NCBI RefSeq assembly: GCF_044704955.1
Contig: NC_091977.1
Span: 38,564,001-38,628,000, forward strand
Source of the DNA: Pristiophorus japonicus
Taxonomy: Eukaryota
Direction: 5' to 3'
DNA: 64,000 bases
The notes below the pieces were generated by a model. The model saw only the letters and a list, made by a program, of their open reading frames with translations. It was not told the DNA's origin and ran no database searches. This document shows positions 1-11,535 of this stretch, one piece after another; position 1 is the first letter of the stretch; each line of letters begins with the position of its first letter. A program made the translations under genes and the position numbers.

Positions 1-1855
1 TATGTGAAGAGAAAAAGATTAGTGAAGACAAACGTAGGTCCCTTGCAGTCGGAATCAGGTGAATTCATAATGGGGAACAAAGAAATGGCAGACCAATTGA
101 ATAAAAAATACTTTGGTTCTGTCTTCACTAAGGAAGACAAGAATCACTTCCCGAAAATACAAGGGGACTGAGGGTCTAGCGAGAAGGAGGAACTGAGGGA
201 ATTGAGGGAAATCCTTATTAGTCAGGAAATGGTGTTCGCGAAATTGATGGGATTGAAGGCCGATAAATCCCCAGGGCCTGATAGTCTGCATCCCAGAGTA
301 GTTAAGGAAGTGGCCCTAGAAATAGTAGATGCATTGCTGGCCATTTTCCAACATTCCATGGACTCTGGATCAGTTCCTATAGATTGGAGGGTAGCTAATG
401 AAACACCACTTTTTAAAAAAGGAGGGAGAGAGAAAACAGAGAATTATAGACCGGTTAGCCTGACATCGGTCGTGGGAAAAATGCTGGAATCAATTATTAA
501 AGATGTAATAGTAGCGCATTTTGAAATCAGTGACAGGATCGGTCCAAGTCAGCATGGATTTATGAAAGGGAAATCATGCTTAACAACTCTTCTAGAATTT
601 TTTGAGGATGCAACTTGAAGAGTGGATAAGGTAGAACCAGTGGATGTGGTATATTTGGACTTTCAAAAGGCTTTTGACAAGGTCCCACACAAGAGATTAG
701 TGTGCAAAATTAAGGTACATGGGATTGGGGGTAATGTATTGACGTGGATAGAGAACTGGTTGGCAGACAGGAAACAAAGAGTGGGAATAAACGGGTCCTA
801 TTCAGAATGGCAGGCAGTGACTAGTGGGGTACTGCAAGGTTTAGTGCTGGGACACCAGCTATTTTCAATAAATATTAATGAGTTAGATGAAGGAATTGAA
901 TGTAATATCTCCAAGTTTGCAGATGACACTAAGCTGGGTGGCAGTGTGAGCTGTGAGGAGGATGCTAAGAGGCTGCAGGATGACCTGGACAGGTTAGGTG
1001 AGTGGGCAAATGCATGGCAGATGCAGTATAATGTGGATAAATGTGAGGTTATCCACTTTGGTGGCAAAAACAGGAAGGCAGATTATTATCTGAATGGTGA
1101 CAGATTAGTAAAAGGGGAGGTACAACGAGACCTGGGTGTCATGGTATATCAGTCATTGAAAGTAGGCATGCAGGTCCAGCAGACAGTAAAGAAAGCAAAT
1201 GGCATGTCGGCCTTCATAGCGAGAGGATTTGAGTATAGGAGCAGGGAGGTCTTACTGCAGTTGTACAGGTCCTTGGTGAGACCACACCTTGAGAATTGTG
1301 TGCAGTTTTGATCTCCTAACCTGAGGAAGGACATTCTTGCTATGGAGGGAGTGCATCAAAGGTTCACCAGACTGATTCCTGGGATGGCAGGACTGACATA
1401 TGAAGAAAGACTGGATCGACTAGGTTTATATTCACTGGAATTGAGAAGAATTAGAGGGGATCTCATAGAAACTTATAAAATTCTGACGGGATTGGACAGA
1501 TTAGATACAGGAAGAACGTTTCCGATGTTGTGGAAGTCTAGAACGAGGGGTCACAGTCTAAGGATCATGGGGAAAGCCATCTAGGACCGAGATGAGGAGA
1601 AGCTTTTTCACCCAGAGAATTGTGAACCTATGGAATTCTCTGCCAGAGAAAGTTGTTGAGTCCAGTTCGTTGGATATATTCAAAAGGGTGTGTGGCCCTT
1701 ATGGCTAAAGGGAACACTGGGTATGGAGAGAAGGCAGGAGTGGGATACTGAAGTTGCATGATCATCCATGATCATATTGAATGGTAGTGCAGGCTTGAAG
1801 GGTCGAATGGCCTGATCCTGCACCTATTTTTCATTTTTCTATGTTTCTATGTTTC
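1..1855 (+). mobile_element. CR1-clade LINE, 3' part of ORF2 (RT domain) plus 3' UTR, degraded; runs off the window start
   Basis: ORF pieces 202-618, 622-1311 and 1342-1584 carry NYRPVSLTS, QHGF..GKSC, YLDFQKAFDKVPH, KFADDTK, WQMQYNVDKC and RPHLE; stops and frameshifts lie between them; ends in a (TTTCTATG)n tail at ~1836-1855. Confidence 0.95.
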
Positions 1856-2035
1856 CACCACCCTTTCAGGCAGTGCATTCCATAGCTTGGCAACTCACTG
1901 AATAAAAAAAATTCTCCTCATCTGATCTCTTTTTTTTGCCAATTACCTTAAATCTGTGACCTCTGATTACCGATCCTTCTGCCACTGAAAACAGATTCTC
2001 TTTCTTTACAATATATCAAAACCTTTCATGATTTT
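1856..2035 (-). mobile_element. Old CR1-like 3' fragment
   Basis: Similar by eye to 52830-52985 (ctttcaggcagtg.attcc..a...aactcactg), which is part of a minus-strand CR1 3' end. Confidence 0.5.
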
Positions 2036-2147
2036 GAGCAGTGCTCAGAATTCCCATTCTCACAGCAGGTCAAGTATTTCCACCTGCAACCTCCAGATGG
2101 AAAGCAGATACAGGCTGCAACCAGGACCCATAGTGAGAAGATCTTCA

Positions 2148-2600
2148 AAGAACGAGACTCCAGGATGGCTTATTGCCTCCCTGGTGCAAGGGTCAAGGAT
2201 GTCTCAGAGCGGGTGCAGGACATTTTGAAGTGGGAGGGTGAACAGCCAGTTGTCGTGGTGCATATAGGAACCAACGAGAAAGGTAAAAAATGGGATGAGG
2301 TTGTACAAGCTGAATATAGGGAGTTAGGAGTTAAAGTAAAAAGTAGGATCTCAAAGGTAGTAATCTCAGGATTGTTACCAGTGCCACGTGCTCGTCAGAG
2401 TAGGAATCGCAGGATAGCTCAGATGAATACGTGGCTTGAGGAGTGGTGCAGAAGGGAGGGATTCAAAATTCCTGGGACTTTGGAACCGGTTCTGGGGGAG
2501 GTGGGACCAGTACAAACCGGACGGTCTGCACCTGGGCAGGACCAGAACCAATGTCCTCGGGGGAGTGTTTGCTAGTGCTTTTGGGGATGGGTTAAACTAA
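2148..2600 (+). pseudogene. CR1 ORF1 SGNH/GDSL-type esterase domain, frameshifted
   Basis: CLPGARVKDV..VVVHIGTN..VVISGLLPVP..MNTWLEEWCRREGF in ORF 2165-2575; the catalytic DGLH (gacggtctgcac, ~2520) follows in another frame. Esterase ORF1 is established for vertebrate CR1/L2 elements. Confidence 0.85.
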
Positions 2601-5600
2601 CATGGCAGGGGGATAGGAACCTATGCAGGGAGACAGAGGGAAGTAAAATAGGAGCAGAAACAAAATATAGAAGGAAGAAAAGTAAAAGTGGAGGGCAGAG
2701 AAACCCAAGGCAAAAATCAAAATTGGGCCACATTGCAGAAAAATTCTAAAAGGGCAAAGTGTGTTAAAAAGACAAGCCTGAAGGTTCTGTGCCTCAATGC
2801 GAGGAGTATTTGTAATAAGGTGGACGAATTAACTGCACAGGCAGCAATTAATGAATATGATATAATTGGCATTACGGAGACATGGCTCCAGGGTGACCAA
2901 GGCTGGGAACTCACCATCCAGGGGTATTCAACATTCAGGAAGGATAGACAGAAAGGAAAAGGAGGTGGGGTAGCGTTGCTGGTGAAAGAGGAAATTAACG
3001 CAATACTAAGGAAGGGCATTAGCTTGGATGATGTGGAATCTGTATGGGTGGAGCTGCGGAATACCAAAGGGCAGAAAACGCTAGTGGGAGTTGTGTACAG
3101 ACCACCAAACAGTAGTAGTGAGGTTGGGGACAGCATCAAACAAGAAATTAGGGATGCATGCAATAAAGGTACAGCAGTTATCATGGGCGACTTTAATCTA
3201 CATATAGATTGAGCGAACCAAAATGGTAGCAATATGATGGAGGAGGATTTCCTGGAGTGTATTGGGATACTTTTCTGGACCAATATGTCGAGGAACCAAC
3301 TCGAGGGCTGGCCATCCTAGACTGGGTGATGTGGAATGAGGAAGGACTAATTAGCAATCTTGTTGTGCGAGGCCCCTTGGGGAAGAGTGATCATAATATG
3401 GTAGAATTCTTTATTAAGATGGAGAGTGACACAGTTAATTCAGAGACTAGGGTCCTGAACTTAAGGAAAGGTAACTTCAATGGTATGAGACGTGAACTGG
3501 CTAGAATAAACTGGCAAATAATACTTAAAGGGTTGACGGTGGATAGGCAATGGCAAACATTTAAAGATCACATGGATGAACTTCAACAATTGTATATCCT
3601 TGTCTGCAGCAAAAATAAAACGGGGAAGGTGGCTCAACCGTGGCTAACAAGGGAAATTAAGGATAGTGTTAAATCCAAGGAAGAGCCATATAAATTGGCC
3701 AGAAAAAGCAGCAAACCTGAGGACAGGGAGAAATTTAGAATTCAGCAGAGGAGGACAAAGGGTTTAATTCGGAGGGGGAAAATAAAGTATGAGAGGAAGC
3801 TTGCCCGGAACATAAAAACTGACTGCAAAAGCTTCTATAGATATGTGAAGAGAAAAAGATTAATGAAGACAAACGTAGGTCCCTTGCAGTCAGATTCAGG
3901 TGAATTTATAATAGGGAACAAAGAAATGGCAAACCAGTTGAACAAGTACTTTGGTTCTGTCTTCACGAAGGAAGACACGAATAACCTTCCGGACGTACTA
4001 GGGGACCGAGGGTCTAGTGAGAAGGAGGAACTGAAGGCAATCCTTATTAGGCAGGAAATTGGCATAGGGAAATTGATGGGATTGAAGGCCGATAAATCCC
4101 TGGGGCCTGCTAGTCTGCATCCCAGAGTACTTAAGGAAGTGGCCCTAGAAATACTGGGTGCATTGGTGATCATTTTCCAACAGTCTATCGAATCTGGATC
4201 AGTTCCTATGGACTGGAGGGTAGCTAATGTAACACCACTTTTTAAAAAAGGAGGGAGAGAGAAAACGGGTAATTATAGATCAGTTAGCCTGACATCAGTA
4301 GTGGGGGAAAATTATTAAAGAAGTGGAATCAATTATTAAAGAAGAAATAACAACGCATTTAGAAAGCAGTGACAGGATCAGTCCAAGTCAACATGGATTT
4401 ATGGAAGATAAATCATGCTTGACGAATATGGAATTTTTTGAGGATGTAACTAGTAGAGTGGACAAGAGAGAACCAGTGGATGTGATGTATTTGGACTTTC
4501 AAAAGGCTTTTGACAAGGTCCCACACAAGAGATTGGTGTGCAAAATTAAAGCACATGGTATTGGGGGTAATGTACTGACGTCGACAGAGAATTGGTTGGC
4601 AGACAGGAAGCAGAGAGTCAGGATAAATGGGTCCTTTTCTGAATGGCAGGCAGTGACTAGTGGGGTGCCGCAGGGCTCATTGCTGGGACCCCAGCTATTT
4701 ACTATATACATTAATGATTTTGATGAAGGAATTGAGTGTAATATCTCCAAGTTTGCAGATGACACTAAACTGGGTGGCGGTGTGAGCTGTGAGGAGGACA
4801 CTAAGAGGCTGCAGGGTGACTTGGACAGGTTATGTGAGTGGGCAAATGCATGGCAGATGCAGTATAATGTGGATTAATATGAGGTTATCCACTTTGGGGG
4901 TAAAACCACGAAGGCAGAATATTATCTGAATGGCTGCAGATTAGGAAAAGAGGTGCAACGAGGCCTGGGTGTCATGGTACATCAGTCATTGAAAGTTGGC
5001 ATGCAGGTACAGCAGGCAGTGAATAAGGCAAATGTCATGTTGGCCTTCATAGCTGGTGGTTTTGAGTATAAGAGCAGGGAGGTCTTACTGCAGTGTACAG
5101 GGCCTTGGTGAGTCCTAACCTGGAATATTGTGTTCAGTTTTGGTCTCCTAATCTGAGGAAGGACATTCTTGCTATTGAGGGAGTGCAGCGAAGGTTCACC
5201 AGACTGATTCCTGGGATGGCTGGACTGACATATGAGGAGAGACTGGATCAACTGGGCTTTTATTCACTGGAGTTTAGAAGGATGAGAGGGGATCTCATAG
5301 AAACATCTAAAATTCTGAGGGGTCTGGACAAGTTAGATGCAGGAAGAATGTTCCCGATGTTGGGGAAGTCCAGAAACAGGGGACACAGTCTAAGAATAAG
5401 GGGTAAGCTATTTAGGACTGAGATGATGAGAAACCTCTTCACTCAGAGAGTTGTTAACCTGTGGAATTCCCTACCGCAAAGAGTTGTTGATGCCAATTCG
5501 TTGGATATATTCAAGAGGGAGTTAGATATGGCCCTTACGGCTAAAGGGATCAAGGGGTATGGAGAGAAAGCAGGAAAGGGGTACTGAGGTGAATGACCAG

Positions 5601-5681
5601 CCATGATCTTATTGAATGGTGGTGCAGGTTCGAAGGGCCGAATGGCCTACTCCTGCACCTATTTTCTATGTTTCTATGTTT
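2148..5681 (+). mobile_element. CR1-clade LINE, 5'-truncated within ORF1; complete but disrupted ORF2 (APE endonuclease + RT) and 3' UTR
   Basis: APE motifs CLNARS, IIGITETW, RKDR..GKGGGVALLV, GVVYRPP, MGDFN and GKSDH in ORFs 2688-3212 and 3257-4318; RT motifs in 4323-4877; C-terminus ..KGIKGYGEKAG; GGCC-GAAT-GGCC hairpin and (TTTCTATG)n tail at ~5636-5681. Confidence 0.96.
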
Positions 5682-5863
5682 GTATGAACTTCGAAGCATT
5701 GGAGGCGACTTCGGTGGACTTGGAAGGAGTTTGGGCAGAATGCTTCTATGGATTGAAGAGGGATTGAAGTCAGTGGAGGTTTTATATTAACTAAGGTGGG
5801 TTCTGGAGAGATGATGCATCTCTCTACGTTCAGGCGGTACAGAGGGTGGAAGTATCTTTATGT

Positions 5864-6222
5864 AAAGAAAGAAAGACTTGAATTAATGAAGCATCTTTCA
5901 TGACGTCAGGATGTCCTATATATACTTTTGAAGTGTAGTCACTGTTGTAATATAGGAAAATGGGCTACCAATTTTCACACTACAAGATCCCACAAACAGC
6001 AATGAGATAATGGCCAGATAATCTGTTCTAGTGATGGTTATTTAGGAATAAATATTGGGATAACTCCCCTGCTCTTCTTAGATATTGTGCCACGAGATCT
6101 TTAATTTCCACCTGAAAGGGAAAATGCTGCCTTGGTTTAATGTTTCATCAGAAAGACGGCACCTCTGACAGTGTACTTCTCGCTCAGTACTGTATTGGAG
6201 TGTTAAGCTCGATTATGAACTG
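5864..6222 (-). mobile_element. Deu-domain SINE (SacSINE1/AmnSINE1-like), head missing
   Basis: Reverse complement matches the copies at 7122-7458 and 18933-19350; (TTTC)n tail at the left end. Confidence 0.8.
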
Positions 6223-6244
6223 AGAAAAAGTTGTTGTTGGGGGT

Positions 6245-6600
6245 AATAGAATCATAGAATGATACAGCACAGAAGGAGGCCATTCAACCCATCGTGCCTG
6301 TGCCGGTGTTTATGCTCCACATGAGCCTCCTCCCACCTCTCTTCATCTAACCCTATCAGCATATCCTTCGATTCATTTCGCCCTCATGAACTGACCTAGC
6401 TTCCTCTTAAATGCACATATGTTATTCGTCTCAACTACTCCTTGTGGTAGTGAGCTCCACATTTCCACCAATCTCTGGGTCAAGTAATTTCTTCTGAATT
6501 GCCAATTAGATTTACTGGAGACTACCTTATATTTGTGGCCCCTGGCTTTGGTCTCTTCCTCCCACGATTTTATCCATTGAATTATTTAATATCAGCCAGT
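6245..6600 (-). mobile_element. CR1 3' end, older subfamily with (ATTCTATG)n tail
   Basis: atagaatcatagaat..cagcacagaaggaggccattc, the same start as the copy at 52678. Confidence 0.75.
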
Positions 6601-7121
6601 TGATGCTGTAGATGTTACAATTACCTGGGTGTCCTTTGGATAAAAAGAGGGCAGGATTCCTATGCTTAACATCCGCCTCCCGTCCCCACTCCTTTCTGGA
6701 ACAATATGTGCGGGTGTGGGGCAAAGAGAGGAGTGGGCTAAAGGTCACCACCCCCCTCCCCCCCCAGCCCCCACCCCACCTTTCCAGGACCAAATGGCCT
6801 GCTGGTAGTCAATGTCAAGGCTCACATATGAATAATGGACTTGGGCCAGGTTCTCGAAGGCAAAAGGGTGGCCCATAGTACTGTACCCAGCAATCAACAC
6901 CTGCAGGAGAGGAGGGGGAAAATGACAAGCAGAAAACAAAAAAAATATTTGGGTGTGCAGCTGAGAGTGAAAGACGAGCCAACATTTTGGGTACAAGAAT
7001 TGTTATGATCAGCAGAACAGCCTCTTTATAAATAACATAGAATTCCATCGATTTTACAGCACAGAAACAGACCTTTTGACCCAACTGATCTGTGCTGGTG
7101 TTGATGCTCAACCCACCCGAC

Positions 7122-7458
7122 TGCACTGGTGCCATCTTTCGGATGAGACGTTAAACCGAGGCCCCATCTGCTCTTTCAGATGGATGTAAAAGATCCCATG
7201 GCACTATTTCGAAGAAGAGCAGGCGAGTGATCCCCGGTGTCCTGGCCGATATCTATCCCTCAATCAACATCATAAAAACAGGGATTATCTAGTCATTATC
7301 ATATTGCCGTTTGTGGGAGCTTGTTGTGCGCAAATTGGCTGCCGCGTTTCCCACACGACAACGGTGTTTGCATTCCAAAATTACTTCATTGGCTGTAAAG
7401 TGCCCTGAGACGTCCGGTGGTCGTGAAAGGCGTTAACAAATGCAAGTCTTTTTTTCTT
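7122..7458 (+). mobile_element. Deu-domain SINE inserted in a minus-strand CR1 3' remnant (~7035-7540)
   Basis: Core TTTCGGATGAGACGTTAAACCGAGGCCCC..AAAGATCCCATGGCACTATTTCGAAGAAGAGCAGG..CCCCGGTGTCCTGGCC; tail GTGAAAGGCG..AAATGCAAGTCTTT; CR1 3' sequence lies on both sides. Confidence 0.88.
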
Positions 7459-7948
7459 ACTTCATCTCACCCTATCTGAAAGTACTACGATTCTTTTCTC
7501 CCTCACACACTGATCTCGCTACCAATCAAATGCATCTATTACAAGACTGAAGACAATTAAAAGGGGAGGCAGGAATAACAGGTGGAAATTGAGAGTAAAC
7601 ATACACCAGCTACTTCTGCAAAGAGGCTGCTAATTTGTGTCATAGATTTTACATGAAGCAGGAAAGAGGTGCAGTATGCTTTGAACTATATAAAGGTCAC
7701 TTTAGTCAGTAATGTGTAGATGTAGAAACATTTGATGATATTGAGTCACGTGGGCTATTCTCACACAGCTCCTGGCAGCTTGCTTCAGAGCATCATTGGT
7801 AGCACCTGGGAATAGGCTGTGTGCTTGCTGTACCTGATGGGAAATAGATGGAGAGGAAAATGTCTTCATAAATGAAGGAAGAAATAAAAATAGTGGACGA
7901 TTATATTTCTCAGTTACCGCCATTTTTGGCGATTAAATTACATTTATG

Positions 7949-8100
7949 CAGGTGCAACCACCGAAACCCGGAAACCTCAGGACCGAGGCCATTCCGGTTT
8001 TCAGCTTTTTTCCGGATTTCAGAACAGAAATCCGACATCTCGAATCTGGAAATCCCTGGGGCGAGTTTCGGGTATTTCTGGATTTCGGAGACAGGGATAG
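7949..8100 (+). mobile_element. Left end of a Tigger/pogo-like MITE
   Basis: Begins CAGGTGCAAC; 7972-8090 aligns by eye with 44135-44255 of the complete TA-flanked MITE (aacctcaggacc.aggcc...ccggttttc..tttttccgga..gggtatttc..gatttcgga). No right TIR recognised. Confidence 0.75.
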
Positions 8101-8164
8101 TGGCTACAGGGATGATTCGGGCCACGAAGCTGACAAGGAGAGATGCTGTGGGTGATTCAGGTCC

Positions 8165-11100
8165 TGATGTTCAGCGGTCAGGGCCGCTCGGGTCGGGGCC
8201 TCTCGGGGCCGCTCGCGGTCACTTAGGTCAGGGTCGCCCAGCAGTCGGGGTCGCTCAGGTCGGGTCGGGGCCCCTCGGGTCGGGGCTCCTCGGGTTGGGT
8301 CGGGGGCACTCGGGTCGGGTCGGGCCCTCTCGGGTCGGGTCGGGGCCTCTCGGGTCGGGGCCTCTCGGGTCGGGTTGGGGCCTCTCGGGTCGGGGCCTCT
8401 CGGCTCAGGGCCTCTCGGGTCGGGGCCTCTCGGATCAGGGCCTCTCGGGTCGGGTCGGGGCCTCTCGGGTCGGGGCCTCTCGGGTCAGGGTCCATCGGGT
8501 CGGGTCGGGGCCTCTCGGGTCGGGCCTCTCGGGTCGGGGCCCATCGGGTCGGATCGGGGCCTCTCGGGTCAGGGGCCCATCGGGTCGGGTCGGGGCCTCT
8601 CGGGTCGGGGCATCTCGGGTCGGGTAGGGGCCTCTTGGATCGGGGCCTCTCGGGTCAGGGCCTCTCGGGTCGGGTCGGGGCCTCTCGGGTCAGGGGCCCA
8701 TCGGGTCGGGTCGGGGCCTCTCGGGTCGGGGCATCTCGGGTCGGGTCTGGGCCTCTCGGGTCGGGGCCTCTCGGGTCAGGTCGGGGCCTCTCGGGTCAGG
8801 GGCCCATCGGGTCGGGTCAGGGCCCATCGGGTCGGGTCGGGGCCTCTCGGGTCGGGTCGGGGCCTCTCGGGTCAGGTCGGGGCCTCTCGGATCGGGGCCT
8901 CTCGGGTCGGGTCGGGGTCTCTCGGATCAGGTCAGGGCCTCTCGGGTCGGAGCCTCTCGGATCGGGTCTGGGCCCATCGGGTCAGGGCCTCTCGGGTCGG
9001 GTCGGGGCCCATCGGGTCAGGGCCTCTCGGGTCGGAGCCTCTCGGATCAGGTCAGGGCCTCTCGGGTCAGAGCCTTTCGGGTCGGGTCGGGGCCTCTCGG
9101 GTCAGGGCCTCTCGGGTCGGGTCGGGGCCTCTCGGGTCGGGGCCCATCGGGTCGGGGCCTCTCGGGTCGGGTCGGGGCCTCTCGGGTCGGGCCGGGGCCT
9201 CTCGGGTCGGGGCCCATCGGGTCGGGACCTCTCGGGTCGGGTCGGGTCCCCTCGGGTGTGGGCCCATCAGGTCGGGGCCCATCGGGTCGGGGCCTCTCGG
9301 GTCGGGGCCCATCGGGTCGGGGCCTCTCTGGTCAGGGCCTCTCGGGTCAGGGTCTCTCGGGTCAGGGCCTCTCGGATCGGGGCCTCTCGGGTCAGGGGCC
9401 CATCGGGTCGGGTCAGGGTCCATCGGGTCGGGTCGGGGCCTCTCGGGTCGGGCCTCTCGGGTCGGGGCCCATCGGGTCGGATCGGGGCCTCTCGGGTCAG
9501 GGGCCCATCGGGTCGGGTCGGGGCCTCTCGGGTCGGGGCATCTCGGGTCGGGTCGGGGCCTCTTGGATCGGGGCCTCTCGGGTCGGGGCCTCTCGGGTCG
9601 GGTCGGGGCCTCTCGGGTCAGGGGCCCATCGGGTCGGGTCAGGGCCCATCGGGTCGGGTCGGGGCCTCTCGGGTCGGGTCGGGGCCTCTCGGGTCAGGTC
9701 GGGGCCTCTCGGATCGGGGCCTCTCGGGTCGGGTCGGGGTCTCTCGGATCAGGTCAGGGCCTCTCGGGTCGGAGCCTCTCGGATCGGGTCTGGGCCCATC
9801 GGGTCAGGGCCTCTCGGGTCGGGTCGGGGCCCATCGGGTCAGGGCCTCTCGGGTCGGAGCCTCTCGGATCAGGTCAGGGCCTCTCGGGTCGGAGCCTTTC
9901 GGGTCGGGTCGGGGCTTCTCGGGTCAGGGCCTCTCGGGTCGGGTCGGGGCCTCTCGGGTCGGGGCCCATCGGGTCGGAGCCTCTCGGGTCGGAGCCTCTC
10001 GGGTCGGGTCGGGGCCTCTCGGGTCGGGTCGGGGCCTCTCGGGTCGGGCCGGGGCCTCTCGGGTCAGGGCCCATCGGGTCGGGACCTCTCGGGTCGGGTC
10101 GGGTCCCCTCGGGTGTGGGCCCATCAGGTCGGGGCCCATCGGGTCGGGGCCTCTCGGGTCGGGGCCCATCGGGTTGGGGCCTCTCGGGTCAGGGCCTCTC
10201 GGGTCAGGGCCTCTCGGGTCGGGTCGAAGGCTCTCGGGTCGGGGCCTCTCGGCTCGGGGCCTCTCGGGTCGGGGCCCATCGGGTCGGGTTGGGGTCTCTC
10301 GGGTCGGGGCCTCTAGGCTCGGGTCGGGGCCTCTCGGGTCGGGGCCCCTCGGGTCGGGGTCTCTCGGCTCGGGTCGGGGCCCCTCGGGTCGGGGCCCCTC
10401 GGCTCAGGGCCTCTCGGCTCGGGTCGTGCCCCTTGGGTCGGGGCCTCTCGGGTCGGGGCCCCTCGGGTTGGGGCCCATCGGGCGGGGCCTCTCGGGTCGG
10501 GTCGGGGCATCTCGAGTCGGGCCGGGGTCGCTCGGGTCGGGTCGGGGCATCTCGGGTCAAGTTGGGCTCGCTCGGGTCGGGTCGGGGCCTCTCGGGTCGG
10601 GTCGGGGTCACTCGGGTCGGGTCGGGGCCTCTCGGGTCAGGTCGGGCTCGCTCGGGTCGGGTCGGGGCCTCTCGGGTCGGGTCGGGGTCACTCGGGTCAG
10701 GTCGGGGCCTGTTGGATCGGGTCGGGTTCGCCTGTATCGGGTCGGGCTCGCTCGGGTCGGGTCGGGGTCACTCGAGTCGGGTCGGGGCCTCTCGGGTCGG
10801 GTCGGGGCCTCTCGAGTCGGGTCGGGGTCACTCGAGTCGGGTCAGGGCCGGTCGGGTCAGGGTCGCTCGGGTCGGGTCGGGGTCACTTGAGTCGGGTCGG
10901 GGTCGCTCGGGTCGGGTCGGGGCTTCTCGGGTCGGGTCGGGGTCGCTCGAGTCGGGTCGGGGCCTCTCGGGTCGGGTCGGGGTCACTCGAGTCGGGTCAG
11001 GGCCGGTCGGGTCGGGGTCGCTCGGGTCGGGTCGGGGTCGCTCGGGTCGGGGCCTCTCGGGTTCAGGTCGGGCTTGCTCGAGTCAAGGCCACTCAGGTTG

Positions 11101-11535
11101 GGGTCGCTCGGAGTCCCTCGGGTCGGGGCCTCTCCGGTGGGGTCGGGGTCGCTCGGGTCAGGGCTGCTCGGGTCGCTGAGCACTCGAGTCAAGGCCACTC
11201 AGGTTGGGATCTCTCGGTGCTCGGGGTCGCTCAGGTCGGGCCGCTCGGTTCGGTGCCCCTTGGGTCGGGGCCTCTCGATGCTCGAGGCTGCTCGGGTCGC
11301 TGAGTGCTCTAGTCGAGGCCACTCGGCTCGGGGCCTCTCGACACTCGGGGTTGCACAGTTCAGGGCCCCTTGGGTTGGTGCCTCTCGACGCTCGGGGTCG
11401 CTCAGGTCGGTGCCCATTGGGTCGGGGCCTCTAAACGCTTGGGGTCGCTCAGGTCTGTGCCCCTTGGGTCGGGGCCTCTCGACGCTCGGGGCCCCTCGGG
11501 TCGCTGAGCGCTCAGGGCCGCTCGGTCGGGGGCTT
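8165..11535. repeat. G-rich compound tandem repeat of 5-nt modules, main unit GGGTCGGGGCCTCTC (15 nt) with 20-nt variant, ~3.4 kb
   Basis: Directly visible modules GGGTC, GGGGC/AGGGC and CTCTC/CCATC/GCTC; homogeneous centre with diverged edges. Confidence 0.98.

Noticed and set aside
2717-4801. Recurrent antisense ORFs over CR1 copies (e.g. PPKWITSHLSTLYCICH)
   Set aside because: They are shadows of CR1 ORF2 and recur only because the element is repeated.
8375-11179. 934-, 751- and 352-aa Gly/Ser/Arg/Pro-rich ORFs resembling silk- or elastin-like (GSGPL)n proteins
   Set aside because: All three frames are open because the repeat is nearly A-free. The 5-nt modules and 1-nt indels shift freely between frames, the listed starts are TTG/GTG, and there is no signal peptide or splice context, so there is no evidence of coding selection.
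8165-11535. CRISPR-like or telomeric array
   Set aside because: No unique spacers, no cas genes and not TTAGGG; it is a eukaryotic tandem repeat.
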